A DNA stretch of 63,244 nt, counting the filler, from Octopus bimaculoides (taxonomy: Eukaryota), in assembly GCF_001194135.2 (NCBI RefSeq). It is 6 parts of 6 records of this genome, joined end to end, with 100 filler letters (N's around TTAATTAATTAA, not from the genome) between each part and the next. Parts side by side here need not be neighbours in the genome. Positions count along the whole stretch, not along the records: positions 18,808 to 41,516 come from NC_068983.1; 5 more parts are not named here. The stretch is one strand, 5' to 3'. Positions 24,237-36,815 of this stretch are shown piece by piece. The notes under the pieces are model-generated. The model saw only the letters and a program-made list of their open reading frames with translations, was not told the DNA's origin and did not search any database. How positions within the stretch are numbered: position 1 is the first letter of the stretch; every line of letters starts with the position of its first letter. The position numbers and the translations under genes were made by a program.

Positions 24237-25218
24237 TTATTACCTCCACCTTAGCAAAGGTGGAGGTATTGTTTTCAGTCGTGTTTGTTTATTTGTTTGT
24301 CTGTGGACACGATATCTCAAGAACCGCTGGATGGATTCAAATGAAACTTTCAGGGATGTTTGGCCTTGTCACTGGCACGAATTTATTAGATTTTGGGATC
24401 AATTCAATACTGGACAAGGATTCTGGATTATTTACCCGTTTTTTTTTTTTACTTAATTTTTGAGAGCAGTCGGGTTCATGTTTAGTATTTTCGCTGGATC
24501 TAGTTCAAAACGGGGGCACCAGTATTTTCTTAACGAAACACTTTGAAACTTGGGACACTGGTGGAATGTGTCATATAAAACATCTTTTTCTCTTAGTCTT
24601 CTTAAGAAAAATTATTATATTGCAAGTTATTTCATGTTAAAGTTGTCGTATTTCTGTAATTTCAACCAATGACTGACGTCCATTCAGCCGAATACATTAA
24701 GNNNNNNNNNNNNNNNNNNNNNNNNNNNNNNNNNNNNNNNNNNNNNNNNNNNNNNNNNNNNNNNNNNNNNNNNNNNNNNNNNNNNNNNNNNNNNNNNNNN
24801 NNNNNNNNNNNNNNNNNNNTAGGGAAAACGAACACACATGTCAGAAGTAATGGAGATTAAATACGCTTTACACCGCCTAAAATGCCAAAGGAGTAACTGT
24901 AAACAGCTGAATACTTGTCAGTGATTGGTTGAAATTATCGAAATAAGACAATTTTTTTATATGAAATACAAAAATTTTTTTCTTTTCTATAACACAAAAT
25001 AGATAAGTATACGAAGTTTGAAAGTCTTTCGGTACCAAAAACACTACATAAAACATAAATGAAAACTGGTGCCCCCGTTTTGAACTAGATCCTTCTCGCT
25101 TGTGAGAGCAGTTGAGTTTACTTCAGATATTCTCATTTTAAAAATCATCTCTGGCTAACCGTTGAGAGGACGTTGGTGTTGCGTTGGCAGAGGTTTGTGC
25201 TCTCTGAGTGCTCTTGTT
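24237..25218 (+). mobile_element. Helentron-associated non-autonomous element (HINE-like), interrupted by a MITE
   Basis: 5' TACCTCCACC-TTAGCAAA-GGTGGAGGTA palindrome, (GTTT)n, 3' GGCAGAGGT sub-TIR plus GTGCTCTCTGAGTGC stem-loop. Confidence 0.8.
24496..25092. mobile_element. Merlin-like MITE, copy 2 (opposite orientation)
   Basis: TIRs GGATCTAGTTCAAAACGGGGGCACCAGT / ACTGGTGCCCCCGTTTTGAACTAGATCC; 8-bp TSD TTTTCGCT / TTCTCGCT; centre is an N gap. Confidence 0.9.
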
Positions 25219-25829
25219 CACATTATTTTGAAATAATCATACTTTATCTTGTAGCTTTGAGATTTCAATGACGTGATTGTATATTCTAAGAATGACATTG
25301 TAGGAGGTGCTGGTTCTGGCCAGTTTGAACATAAAAGAGGGAGAATATCTGGGCCAAAACTGGCCAGTTTAAATGCTAACAAATTAAAGGATGATGATGA
25401 TGATGATGATGATGATAATGATGGCTATGATGATGACTCTTATGCTGATGAGGATGATGATATTAATATCATCATATTAATATTTCTTAAGTTATAACAG
25501 GAAATTGAATAAAAGGCAGCTGGTTTATCAAATATTTTCAGTACTCGATCTTGTGGCTTCTGTTACCTAACTAATTCAAACAATCATTTGATCACTCACT
25601 TGAAATGTTTGTATTGGAATGATGAGAATGTTCTAGAATTGGTGTTGAGGAAATCTGTGTCTACTTTCATTTTAAAACACTGCACCCTCCCCTGCAGATT
25701 TTTCTTGTAGACACTGAATTGTAGAATTTTGGATTGGGCCTCAGGAGTATTGATCGTTTCAGTCTTGGAGAATAAGGGGTCTGAACATCCGTAAAGCAAA
25801 TGGAAGGTGCATGAATTTGTGTTTAGGGT

Positions 25830-26180
25830 AATTGGCTCATGTTGTGAGTTTGATTCCCAGCAGCACATTGCGCCCTTGGGCAAGACACTTTATTTCATAT
25901 TACTCCAGTTCAGTCAGCAGGTAAAAATGAGTTGCACCTGTAATTCAAAGGGGCCAGCATTGTCACATTCTGTGTTACACTGAAATTCCCTGAGAACTGT
26001 GTCAAGGGCACATGCATGTCTGTGGAGTGTTCAGCCACTTGCATGTGAATTTCATGAGCAGGATGTTCTGTTGATTGGATCGACTGGAACCCACACCATT
26101 GTAACCAAGGAATACCAGTTGCTGTTCTGTTAATCGGGTCGACTGGAACACTCATCGTCTTTACCAACAAAGTGCCAGTT
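25830..26180 (+). mobile_element. CORE-like SINE (family F)
   Basis: GAGTTTGATTCC, CCTTGGGCAAGACACTTTATTTC; reverse copy at 39260-39565. Confidence 0.75.
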
Positions 26181-26994
26181 TACAGCAAATGAATGGGAAG
26201 CAATTAATTTTGAAAATCCTGAGGAATTTGGTAAAATACCTTTGTCATTATTTAACTGGTGTTGGAAACATAAATTGACCTGAAATTTTGAGGAAAGGCT
26301 TTAATTAAATCACTTTGAAACAGGAAGTTTGTATTAAAGATCCAAAACGCTCTTGGGCGAGTTGGTATTAAAAGAGTCAACATGGGGAACCGAGAAAGGC
26401 ATGGTGACAGTGCTAAGCAGTGATGTGTATAAATGCAAACTCGTTTCCAGTTCAAATATTTTTGAGGCATATTTGAACCTGAAAGAAAGCAATTCACTGA
26501 ATTTTATCACAGAGAAAAATGAATAAAGAATTCATTCAAAATGATAAATTTACTTTTGCCATTATGCTTAATACAATATTTTTTCTTCTCCATTATATTT
26601 TGTCATTTTTGATATATTGTCTAACTGCACCTGGTTCCACGTCTAAAATTTCCATCTGTCTCAAATTAAAAACAAATGACTAAGTATTGTTGGACACAAT
26701 GTGCCAAATTCTTGGAATTCCTCCTCAATTGACACTTATCATTCCAGACTTTTAACTACTTCAGATTACTGTTCACATCCTTATCCATTGTTTTCATACT
26801 GACAACAGAATATTCTAGACAAATTCCTGTTTGTAATTCTCCTCTAAGACATTGAATTAGCCATCATTGAAGCGTTGGATAGAATGCTGTGGCGTAATAT
26901 TTGTTCTGACTCTCTATGTTCTGTGTTCAAAGCCTGCCAAGGTCAACTTTGCTTTTTATACTTTGAGGGTTGATAACGAAAAAGGGGCCAAGCC

Positions 26995-27160
26995 AGTGCA
27001 GGTGTGGCTGTGTGGTTAGAGGTTTGCTTCCCAACCACATGGCTGTGTGGTTAAGAAGTTTGCCACTGCATGGCACCTTGTGCCAATGTTTTCTGCCGGA
27101 GCCCTGACCCAACCAAAGCGTTGGGAGTGGATTTGGTTGATGGAAACTGACAGAAGCCCC

Positions 27161-27196
<36 letters not shown>

Positions 27197-27385
27197 CTGT
27201 TTGTCCCTCTCCACCAGCTGACATCCCTGTAACTTAGTGGTGCAGCAAATGAGACTGATAGAATAAGTATTAGGCTTAAAAAGCAAAGAATAAGTCCTGG
27301 GGTTGGGGATCGATTCATTCGACTAAAACTTCTTCATGGCAGTGCTCCAGCATGGCCACAGTCTAATGACTGAAAGAATTAAGTG
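26995..27385 (+). mobile_element. SINE family A with duplicated head segment
   Basis: TGGCTGTGTGGTTA occurs twice, then (TG)n and the tail ...GCTCCAGCATGGCC..AATGACTGAAA. Confidence 0.82.
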
Positions 27386-27462
27386 ATGAAAGGTGAGGAA
27401 GATGCCTGGCAGTGTTAGTTTCACCTCTCTATGTTATGAGTTCAAATCCTGGATGAAATTTC

Positions 27463-27612
27463 TATCATCATCAGCACCATTGTCATCGTCGTTGTTGTCA
27501 TCATCATCATTGTCATCATCGTCATCATCATCATCATCATCGTCATCATCATCATCATCATCGTCATCATCATCATCGTCATCATCGTAATCATTGTCGT
27601 CATCATCATCTC
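27463..27612. repeat. (CAT)/(CGT)n microsatellite
   Basis: Read directly. Confidence 0.95.
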
Positions 27613-27915
27613 GTGTCCACTTTCCATGCTGCCATTGGTCAAAAAGGTTGTCTTTGAATCAGTCTTCTTATTCGAAGTTACTGCCTTCCTTGATGGACCT
27701 ATAAGATGCCATCTTGCTCAGCAGTTTATTCCTGTTGTTGTTGTTGTTGATGATGATGATGATGATCATTTGACTTGTGCCATGTTGTTAGTGTGCAGTG
27801 GTGCATTCCATTCCAACCGTGTTCTGCTGAATATTTCGGCAGTTATCTTCATCTCGATCATATTGGAATTCTAAGATTAGCTTTCTTAGAATTCATCTTC
27901 ATGTGGAATTTATAA

Positions 27916-28204
27916 TAGAGAGAGAGAGAAGGTATGAGAGGGCGAGGGAGAGAGAGGCAGAGGGAGAGAGGTGGAGAGAGAGAGAGGTGGAGAGAGAGAG
28001 GCGGAGAGAGAGCGGCGGAGAGAGAGAGGTGGAGAGAGAGAGAGGTGGAGAGAGAGAGAAGTGGAGAGAGAGAGGTGGAGAGAGAGAAGGTATGAGAGGG
28101 CGAGAGAGAGAAACAGAGGGATGACTACAAAGATTAAGAGAGACAGCAAAAGAGTGAGAGAGCAGACAGATTAAGAGAGTGAGAAAGAGAGGAGATAGAC
28201 AGAC

Positions 28205-28272
<68 letters not shown>

Positions 28273-28285
28273 GGGGGAGAGAGAA
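27916..28285. repeat. Purine-rich (GA)n / (GAGAGAGAGGTG)n tract
   Basis: Read directly; GAGAGAGAAGGTATGAGAGGGCGAG occurs twice. Confidence 0.95.
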
Positions 28286-28904
28286 TGTCAGGTAGCCAAG
28301 AGACATGGAAAAAAAGGGAGAGAGAGAGATAAAGATTGAGAAAAATAGAGGGGAAGTAAGATTGAAAGAAAGAAAGATAGAGAGAGGGAGAGAAAGAAAG
28401 AAAGAGACAGAGAGGGAGAGAGAGAGATGCTATGCTTAAATATTTTGGTTATTTTTTCAACTTTTGTTGCATAATGTCTTAAGTAACGTTGCAGCTTTAA
28501 CTGCTGCACATCTCACATTTGCTGCACTTCTCATAAATATAGAACAATGAAGGTGCAGATTTGGCTGCAGCTGTGTGGTTTAAATGCTTACTTAGCACTC
28601 CTGTGGTTCTGGTTTCAATCTCGTCCTCTGGCATTTTGTACAAGTGAGTTCTATCACAGACTCGTGTCAACCAAAGTCTTGTGGCTGATGAAAAACTGTG
28701 GGGAAACTCATCAGAGTGCCATGTGTACCTTGGCTGTTTTTAGGAGATAGGAACATTGTGTCTCAGTGTACCATAGAAGGTGACTGAAAGGGGTGGTGTT
28801 AGGAAGGTCATTGGGTCATAAAACATTACTTCAAAGAGTCTTGTGTGATCTGTGCCTCCATGGAAGAATGGACGTAGAATTTTGGTTATGTTGATGATGA
28901 TTCA

Positions 28905-29460
28905 TCATTCATGATTTTAATGTCCTCTTTTCCATGCTTGCAAGGGTCAGACGGATTTCATTGAGGCAGATTTTCCACGACTGGATGCTCTTCCTGTTGC
29001 CAGCCCTCACTTGTTTCCAAGTAAGGTGGTATTTTCCCATGGCCAGACATGTTTTCACAGAATGTCGCAAATGAATGGCACTGCCACTAGGATAGTAGCA
29101 TGCATTTACAATTATCACATGAAACGCACAAACACACACACCAGACATACATGCACACACATGCATGCACACACATACACATGCATGCACACACACATGC
29201 AAACACACACACCACACACATGCATGTGCTCTCACACATGCATGTGCTCTCACACATACACACATTTATGTGCACACACACACACACACATATACACACA
29301 CAAGCTTCTTTCAGTTTCCGTCTACCAAATCCACTCACAAGGCTTTAGTCAGCTTAGGGCTATAGTAGAAGACACTTGCCCAAGGTGTCATGCAGTGCAA
29401 CAGAATACAAAAACCATGTGGTTCGGTAGAAGATTCTTAATCACAGAACCAATCCTATGC
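28905..29460 (-). mobile_element. SINE family G with internal (CA)-rich tract
   Basis: RTE-like tail at 28905-29110, A-type head at 29300-29460. Confidence 0.78.
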
Positions 29461-29489
29461 CTGAGGACATACACACATATATGCATGTT

Positions 29490-29491
29490 GC

Positions 29492-29527
<36 letters not shown>

Positions 29528-29765
29528 TTTACATCTGTTTTCTATGCTGGCATGGGTTGGATGGTTAGACAGGAGCTGGCAAGACCAGGGGCTGTACCAG
29601 GTTTCATTGCTCATCTTGGCTTGGTTTCTATAGCTGGATGCCCTTCTTAACCCTAACCACACCACAGAATATACTGGGGGGTCCTTTACATGTCACTGGC
29701 ATGGGTGCCTTTTAAGTGTCACCGGCACAGGTGCCATTCATGTGTCACTGCCACTACCACAACCA
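29490..29765 (-). mobile_element. Family D (RTE 3' end) copy
   Basis: (CAT)n tail and CTATAGCTGGATGCCCTTC motif. Confidence 0.75.
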
Positions 29766-29807
29766 CGATTTCGCTTAGCTTGATGCGTCTCTTCAAGCAC
29801 AGCAATT

Positions 29808-30796
29808 ATTTCGTCATTGTCGTTTAACATCCGCTTTCTATGCTGGCATGAGTTGGACGGTTTGATTGAGGGCTGGCAAGCCAGAAGGATGCACCAGGCT
29901 CCAGTCTGATCTGGCAGAGTTTCTACAGCTGGATGCCCTTCCGAATGCCAACCATTCCGAAAGTGTAGTGGGTGCTTTTTACGTGCCACCAGCACGAGGG
30001 TCAGTCAGGTGGTACTGGCATCGGCCATGCTTGAATGGTGCTTTTTACATGCCACCGGCACAGGAGCCTGTCAGGCAGCACTGGCAACGACCATGCTTGA
30101 ATGGTGTTTTTTACGTACCACTGGTACGGGAGCCAGTCAGGCAGAACTGACAGCAATCACGCTCGAATGGTGCTTTTAATATGCCACTGGCACAGGTGCC
30201 AATCAGGCGGTACTGTCACTGGCCACGACAATGACTTCACTTGACTGAACGGGTCTTCACAAGCACAGTTTTTTGCCCAATGATTGAAGGGTACTCTTAA
30301 ACAGGCTGGTTATGCTGCACTGGCATAGGCCATGGGTTAATGTCTCACTTGGCTTGCTGGGTCTTCTCAAGCACAGCATATCTTCAAAGGTCTCAGTCAC
30401 TTGTCATTGCCTCAGTGAGGCTCAACGTTCAAAGATCTTGCTTCATCACCTCATCCCAGGTCTTCTTGGGTCTATTTCTTCCACAGGTTCCCTCAACTGC
30501 TAGGGTGTGATACTTTTTCACACAGCTGTCCTCATCCATATGCAACACATGACCACACCAGCGCAGTTCTCTATCTTGCACACCACATCTGATGCTTCTT
30601 AAGTCCAACTTTTCTCTCAGGGTGCTTACACTCTGTCGTGTATGCACACTAACATTACTCATCCAGCGGAGCATACTGGCTTCGTTCCTTGCAAGCTTAC
30701 GCATGTCCTCAGCAGTCATAGCCCATATTTCACTGCCACGTAGCATGGCTGTTTGCACACATGCATCATACAGTCTACCTTTTACTCTGAGCGAGT
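29808..30796 (-). mobile_element. 5'-truncated RTE LINE (ORF C-terminus plus 3' UTR)
   Basis: SLRVKGRLYDAC...LRWCGHV...GRNRPKKTW; the 3' UTR is the family D sequence and carries four 66-bp repeats. Confidence 0.93.
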
Positions 30797-31033
30797 GTAT
30801 TTGTTTTAGCCAAATCAATGAACTCAATAAAATATGGATTTTGCTGATTTCATGGTTATGAGTTAAACATATCAATGTCCAGATTTGATACTTAGAATTC
30901 TTTGATCCAATTGAGATTGCCAAGCAAGCAGAATGGCATCATTCAAAGCAATTCACAGCATATTGTGGTCAGTGATGTATAACTACATTTGATAGTCTGG
31001 TCAATACTTTGAGATATATATATATACATATAG

Positions 31034-31159
31034 GCACAGGGGTGACTGTGTGGTAAGTAGCTTGCTTATCAACCACATGGTTCTGAGTTCAGTCCCACTG
31101 TGTGGCACCTTGGGCAAGTCTCTCCTACTATAGCCTCGAGCCATCCAAAGTGGGGACGG

Positions 31160-31216
<57 letters not shown>

Positions 31217-31345
31217 GGGCTTCTTTCATACAACTATACAATGGGCTTTGGTAGAAGACACTTGACCAAGGTGCCACGCAGTGGGACTGAACCCAGAACC
31301 ATGTGGTTGGGAAGCAAACTTCTTACCGCACGGCCACGCCTGCAT
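31034..31345. mobile_element. Two family A SINE heads in inverted orientation around (CA)n
   Basis: 31034-31140 is on +, 31215-31345 is on -. Confidence 0.88.
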
Positions 31346-31951
31346 GTATAGTTATGTTGTTTATTGGAATATTTTTTGTGTTTTTATATAACTTTATTAT
31401 AGTGTTTTATAGTTTATTATGGTATTTTATAGTTTATTAATATAATTTATAGCTTAAAATCTAGAGAAACAAATTTGAGAAAGGAAGAGAAAATAGTCAT
31501 TAGCATCCTGTACTTTGATCTCTTTTCTGTTGCGGAGATGGGCAATCGACTACGATGTCTGTGGAAATGGTTCTCAATTAAAAATTCTCCCAAAAGTCAA
31601 ATTTGCATTATAATTTTTTATGGCTGGATACAGTGGTATTCACAGTATAATAGCAATAATAATAATAATAATAATAATAATAGTAATCGTCATTGTCATT
31701 GTTATTGTTGATGATGTTGTTATTGGGAATCAATTTTAATTGATTCCATCTGCTTTTCCTACATAAATTTGTGCCTAGTTTAAAGAAATCGATATATACT
31801 TAATGGTTTTAGAATCTCTGCTGGAATAAATGTGTTGGAGTTGAAAGTAAAGAAGGATTACCATCAAGATAGACGTAAGATCTGTGTTCATTATTTACTG
31901 CAGAGATTTATCAGGTGTAACACACACACGCACACATGCACGCACACACGG

Positions 31952-32023
<72 letters not shown>

Positions 32024-32359
32024 NNNNNNNNNNNNNNNNNNNNNNNNNNNNNNNNNNNNNNNNNNNNNNNNNNNNNNNNNNNNNNNNNNNNNNNNNNNNN
32101 NNNNNNNNNNNNNNNNNNNNNNNNNNNNNNNNNNNNNNNNNNNNNNNNNNNNNNNNNNNNNNNNNNNNNNNNNNNAACACAGACGTGGTAAAAGACTAAG
32201 TGTATTAGGTTTACATTTAGGAAAAACTAGAACGCAAAATCCTTTACATTTTGAGCATATGCTCTTCTACAGAAAGAAAACACAAGGACAGAAATAAATG
32301 GAGAGAGAAAAGAACTAATGTGTCTCAATTAGATGCTGAAAACTGCTTGAAATCTCTCG

Positions 32360-32730
32360 CATTTGGTGAATGAGGGGGTCTTATGCAGCTGCCCTCATCT
32401 GTGTTTCCTGTTGTGAGGTAGGCTCATCTGGAACCCTTGACAGGAGGAGATCCAGTTTTGTTTTGAAGGCACCTACATCCACTCCATGCTGGTCTCTCAG
32501 ACATTTTGGAAAGATATTGAAGAACTGTGGGCCCTTGAAACCCTATCTGTTGCAGTATCTAGTCTTGTATCTTGATGGCAATGTTGGGATCTTTAGCACT
32601 ATGCAGTGGTGCCTTGTTCTGTTGTTTGAGTAACTTTCAATACCAAAGTCTGGTACAAATCCTTCCAGGATTTTCCAGATGTATATCACTGCATAGCATT
32701 CCCTGCTTTTAAAACATTTTCTTTTATCAA
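32360..32730 (-). mobile_element. CR1/L2-group LINE 3' ORF fragment
   Basis: RECYAVIYIWKILEGFVP...PQFFNIFPKCLRD...FKTKLDLLLSRVPDEP...RAAA. Confidence 0.82.
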
Positions 32731-32759
32731 ACATTGAATCAACTGGAATAAATTTGTAA

Positions 32760-33075
32760 GGATATCCCTGCTGGTGCCATGCCATGCTGGTGCCACATAT
32801 AAAGCACTTGTTCTGATGTCATGTAAAAAGCACTCATCCTAACACCATGTAAAAAGCTCCCCATGCTGGTGTCACATAAAAAGTGCCATGTAAAAATCAC
32901 CCAGTACACACTGTAAAGTGGTTTACGTCAGGAAGGGTATGGAGGATATGCAGCTACTGCTGAAAGTGTGCCAGAGCAGACAGAGGAGCCTGGTGCCACT
33001 TTCTGGCTTGCCAGCTCCTGTCAAATTGTCCGATCCATGCCAGCAAGGAAGACAGAATTTAAATGATGATGATGA
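32760..33075 (+). mobile_element. Family D copy
   Basis: Tandem CCATGCTGGTG(C/T)CACATAAAAAG units, ends with CCATGCCAGCAAGGAA and (GAT)n. Confidence 0.7.
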
Positions 33076-33849
33076 TAATGATGATGGTGATGATGATACC
33101 TTATATGTGAAAGTGACTGTAAAATAAAGTATTTCCTCCCGCCATGACCCTCATATGCATTTGCAACAATAGCAGACTAATTCTGTCCTGTATTTTCAGA
33201 CAGCAGAATAAATTAGTTGTGTTGTGTATAATCATCTCCATGACTCAGTTATAATGATCATTGCTCTTTTATTTGAGCAATAAAACAGGAAGTAATGAAG
33301 GTGTATGGCCAAGTGCAGCGTTTCTCAAACTGTGGGTTCCGACAAAAGAATTTGAAAAACGCTGGCCTGGTGGGTAGGATCTTGCATTTATGATTGCAAG
33401 ATTGTGGTTTCAATTTGCAGACTGGGTGGTGCATTGTGTTCTTGAGCAAAACACTTCCTTTCACATTGCTGTAGTCCACTCACCTGTAGATGAGTTACCC
33501 TATGGTGGACTGGTATCCTATCCATGGGTTATGTTATGACATCAGTCACATATGTACCATGGGAACTGAGTAACTGGTCCGATGAGTTCTCAGATTTGAA
33601 ACAGTAATGTCCAGGCTGATGATGAATGAAAGAGGCAGGGCTTGTTGGAGTGTTGGTGGGGGAGTTCAGTTGGTCAAGAGCTGCAAAGGCCAAATAAAGG
33701 TTCACAACAAAATCTATTGGGGGGAGGGGCATCCCTAAATAAAAGAAAGACAACTCAACACCCTTGGATTTGAGAGTATGACAATGTGTACGTGTGTGCA
33801 CGTGTTTGTTTATTTTACATCCACATGCAATTTCATACGCGCACGCATA

Positions 33850-34015
33850 CACACCATAGTCTTCCTTTGGTTTCAGTCTATCAAATCCACTCAACAGATT
33901 TGGTCAGCCTAGGTATATAGTACAAGACACTTGCCTAAGGTGCCATGCAGTGGGATGGAAACTGAGACCACATGGTTTAGAAGCAAGCTTCTAAACCACA
34001 TTGCCATGCCTGTGA
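33850..34015 (-). mobile_element. SINE family A head
   Basis: AAGACACTTGCCTAAGGTGCCATGCAGTGGGA. Confidence 0.8.
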
Positions 34016-34161
34016 CTCCACGTCGCTAGTCTTATGTGTAGCCACTCCTGCACTCAAGCCCAACTATGTGTGTGTGTGCATGTGTGTGTATATATGTATA
34101 TATATATATATACATATGTATCTATATGTACCTATATATATATTGTATATGTATCTATATA

Positions 34162-34979
34162 CAGGGTGCAATGGGTAAATTGTCACCATTTTATATTTTT
34201 AATTTCACGCATGCACATTGTTTGTTTTGGATTTTCTTTTTACTACACAGTATAGTAGGGTCAGTTGGGCACTGTCTATGAGAAAAACAGCATGATGACA
34301 CAATTCACTCTGCCAGAAATTTGAAAACAACATGCTGTATTGCTTGGCATTTTCACCGGAAGTTCCATTCCATACATGTACTGAGAGTGATAAAAATCAA
34401 ACACCCAGGCAACATCATGGTGTTTGGAGTGATCACTAGTGATGGCGACGTTATGCCTCCATTCATCTTCCCACATGGCCTCAGACTCAACATGGAGGCC
34501 TACATCAGGTGCCTGGTGTGGTAGTGATGCCCTGAGTGAAAAGGGTGGCTGCTCGAAGACCCTATGTCTGGCAACAGGACTCTGCACCATGCCACACAAG
34601 CAGGAGAACCCAGTCATGGCTGTCAGACAATTTCTGCGACCACATCACCCCTGACATCTGGCCACCTAACTCCCCAGACTGCAACCCCCTTGATTATTAT
34701 GTGTGGGGCGCAGTTGAGTGAGAGACCAACAAAACTCCTTGTAACATCAAAGATGAACTGAAGGCAAGGATTATGGCAGCATTGACCAACTTAAACAAGG
34801 AGACCGTCCAGAAGAGTTGCAGGAGATTCCGAAGCCTATGGCGATTTTATTGCATAAATTTACTGTTTAGCATTTCAAGATATTTTCATGTAATTTTGGT
34901 AAATTTATCTGTTTAAATGAGATGTCAGTATTATTTTCATTTTGCGTAATTTAGACCACAGTTTATTCACTGCACTCTG
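34162..34979 (+). mobile_element. maT-type (DD37D) Tc1/mariner, internally deleted, 818 bp
   Basis: TA-CAGGGTGCAATGGGTAAATTGT / ACAGTTTATTCACTGCACTCTG-TA; KHPGNIMVFGVITSDG and WQQDSAPCH...WPPNSPDCNPLDYYVWG, with 37 residues between the 2nd and 3rd catalytic D. Confidence 0.92.
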
Positions 34980-35479
34980 TATATTATGTATGTATCTATG
35001 TATATCTATATATATTATATATGTGTGTATATATATGTGTACATGTATACATTTGTATATGCATATATCTACACACACACACAAACACACATACACACAT
35101 ACACACACATATGTTTAAGACCATTATAAAGGATTATGATGCAAAATACATCGTTAATCTCTCGTTTACTCTTCTCTGTACATTCTATCCTTAAAAATCA
35201 ATTCCAGGTTTATGGCACCACAGATTATTTCTGCTTTTGGCGCCAGTCACGGAAAGCCAGGCAGAATCTCCTGCAGTCTTTTTCTTCCTTTTTTAAATTT
35301 TTTTTTTGATTTTTATTTTTGCTGGTCAACTGCCTGGAATTAATCATATATAATGAAAGATTCCGATGTAAACCATGCCAATTTTGTGATAAGACGACAT
35401 CTAAGTAATATGGATATAAATGTGCAGGTGGGGGGTGGGGTAGGAATGATGGTGTTGGAGGGGAATGGTGGGGGAGGAT

Positions 35480-35586
35480 CGGTATGATGATGATGATAAT
35501 GATGATGGTGAAAATGATGTCACTGATGATGCTGGTGATGATGGAGAGAAAGATTGTAATGATGGTGATGATGGTGATGATGATGG

Positions 35587-35617
<31 letters not shown>

Positions 35618-36150
35618 AAGATAATGATGGTGATGATGATGATGGTGAAGGTGACGATGATGATGATGAAAATGATGTCGCCGATGATGGTGGGGATGCT
35701 GGTGATGGTGGTGACGATGATGACGAATAATAACAATGATGATGATGATGACAACAGCAATGATGTAGAGGATGATGATAATGATGATGATGATTGCTAT
35801 GGTTATGATAATGATGATGACGGAGATAACGATAACGATAACGATGATGATGATTATGGCAATGATGACAGTGCTGATAGGATGATGATCATGAACGTGA
35901 CAGCGATGAATAACGATGGCTGTTGCCAGTACCGCCTGACTGGCCTTCATAGCATTTTCGATGATGATGATGATGATGATGCTATGAATGAGCCTGACAA
36001 TGATGACGGCAATGAAAATGATGACAGCAAGGAAAATGATGATGTTAGTGCGAATGTGAAAAAACACAACAGCAATAGTGATGTTGATGATGTTGATGAT
36101 GATGATGTTGATGTTGTCAATGATGATGTTGATGATGATGATCATGATGT
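35480..36150. repeat. Degenerate (GAT/GAC/AAT)n low-complexity tract
   Basis: Read directly; part is homologous to the reverse complement of 38130-38425. Confidence 0.92.
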
Positions 36151-36343
36151 TGTATCCATGTTGATCAAAGGAGCACAGAAACAACAACAATTAATTGCTA
36201 ATTACAACAATTGCTTCTTAATGGAGTCGAACGAAATAATTGCTTTAGCAAAAACACAAATTTTTATTTTATTGTATTATATTTATGCTTTTTGTTTCAT
36301 TTTATTTTATTCATATTATTTGTTTTGTGGTTTANNNNNNNNN

Positions 36344-36550
36344 NATGGCTGATGCCAGGGTCGCCTGACTGGCTCCTGTGCCGGTAGCACGTAAAAAGCA
36401 CCCACTACACTCTCAGAGTGGTTGGCGTTAGGAAGGGCATCCAGCTGTAAAAACATTGCCCGATCAGATTGGAGCCTGGTGGAACCACTGGTTCTCCAGA
36501 CCTTAGTCAAACCATCCAACCCATGCCAGCATGGAAAGCAGACGTTAAAC

Positions 36551-36586
<36 letters not shown>
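36344..36586 (+). mobile_element. Family D (RTE 3' end) with (GAT)n tail
   Basis: GGTTGGCGTTAGGAAGGGCATCCAGC...GGAAAGCAGACGTTAAACGATGATG. Confidence 0.88.
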
Positions 36587-36587
<1 letters not shown>

Positions 36588-36589
36588 CA

Positions 36590-36803
36590 GGTGGTAAGCT
36601 GGCAGAACTGTCAGCATGCTGAGAAAAATGGTTAGTGGCATTTTGCTTGTCTTCACGTTCTGAGTTCATATTCTGCTAAGGTCAACTTTGCCTTTCATCT
36701 CTTTGGGGGTCGATAAAATAAGTACCAGTTGAGCACAGGGGTCAATGTAATCGACTTACCCAACTCACTCGATCTTGCTGGCCTTGTGCCAAAATTTGAA
36801 ATC
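36590..36803 (+). mobile_element. SINE family B, directly after the family D tail
   Basis: GAGTTCATATTCTGCTAAGGTCAACTTTGCC. Confidence 0.85.
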
Positions 36804-36815
36804 ATTATTATTACA

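Noticed and set aside
28684-28714. CTGATGA...GAAAC hammerhead-like string
   Set aside because: No stem II; it is a mutated SINE segment.
31813-31874. Splice-flanked segment with NLCWNKCVG (CX3C)
   Set aside because: In-frame stop in that frame; other frames are uninformative.
33575-33620. CCGATGA...GAAAC...GTC hammerhead-like string
   Set aside because: Core mismatch, and stems I and II do not pair.
35465-36352. 295-aa Asp-rich ORF resembling molluscan acidic shell proteins
   Set aside because: It follows a degenerate GAT microsatellite, switches between poly-D and poly-M registers, contains a repeat remnant, and has no signal peptide or splice support.
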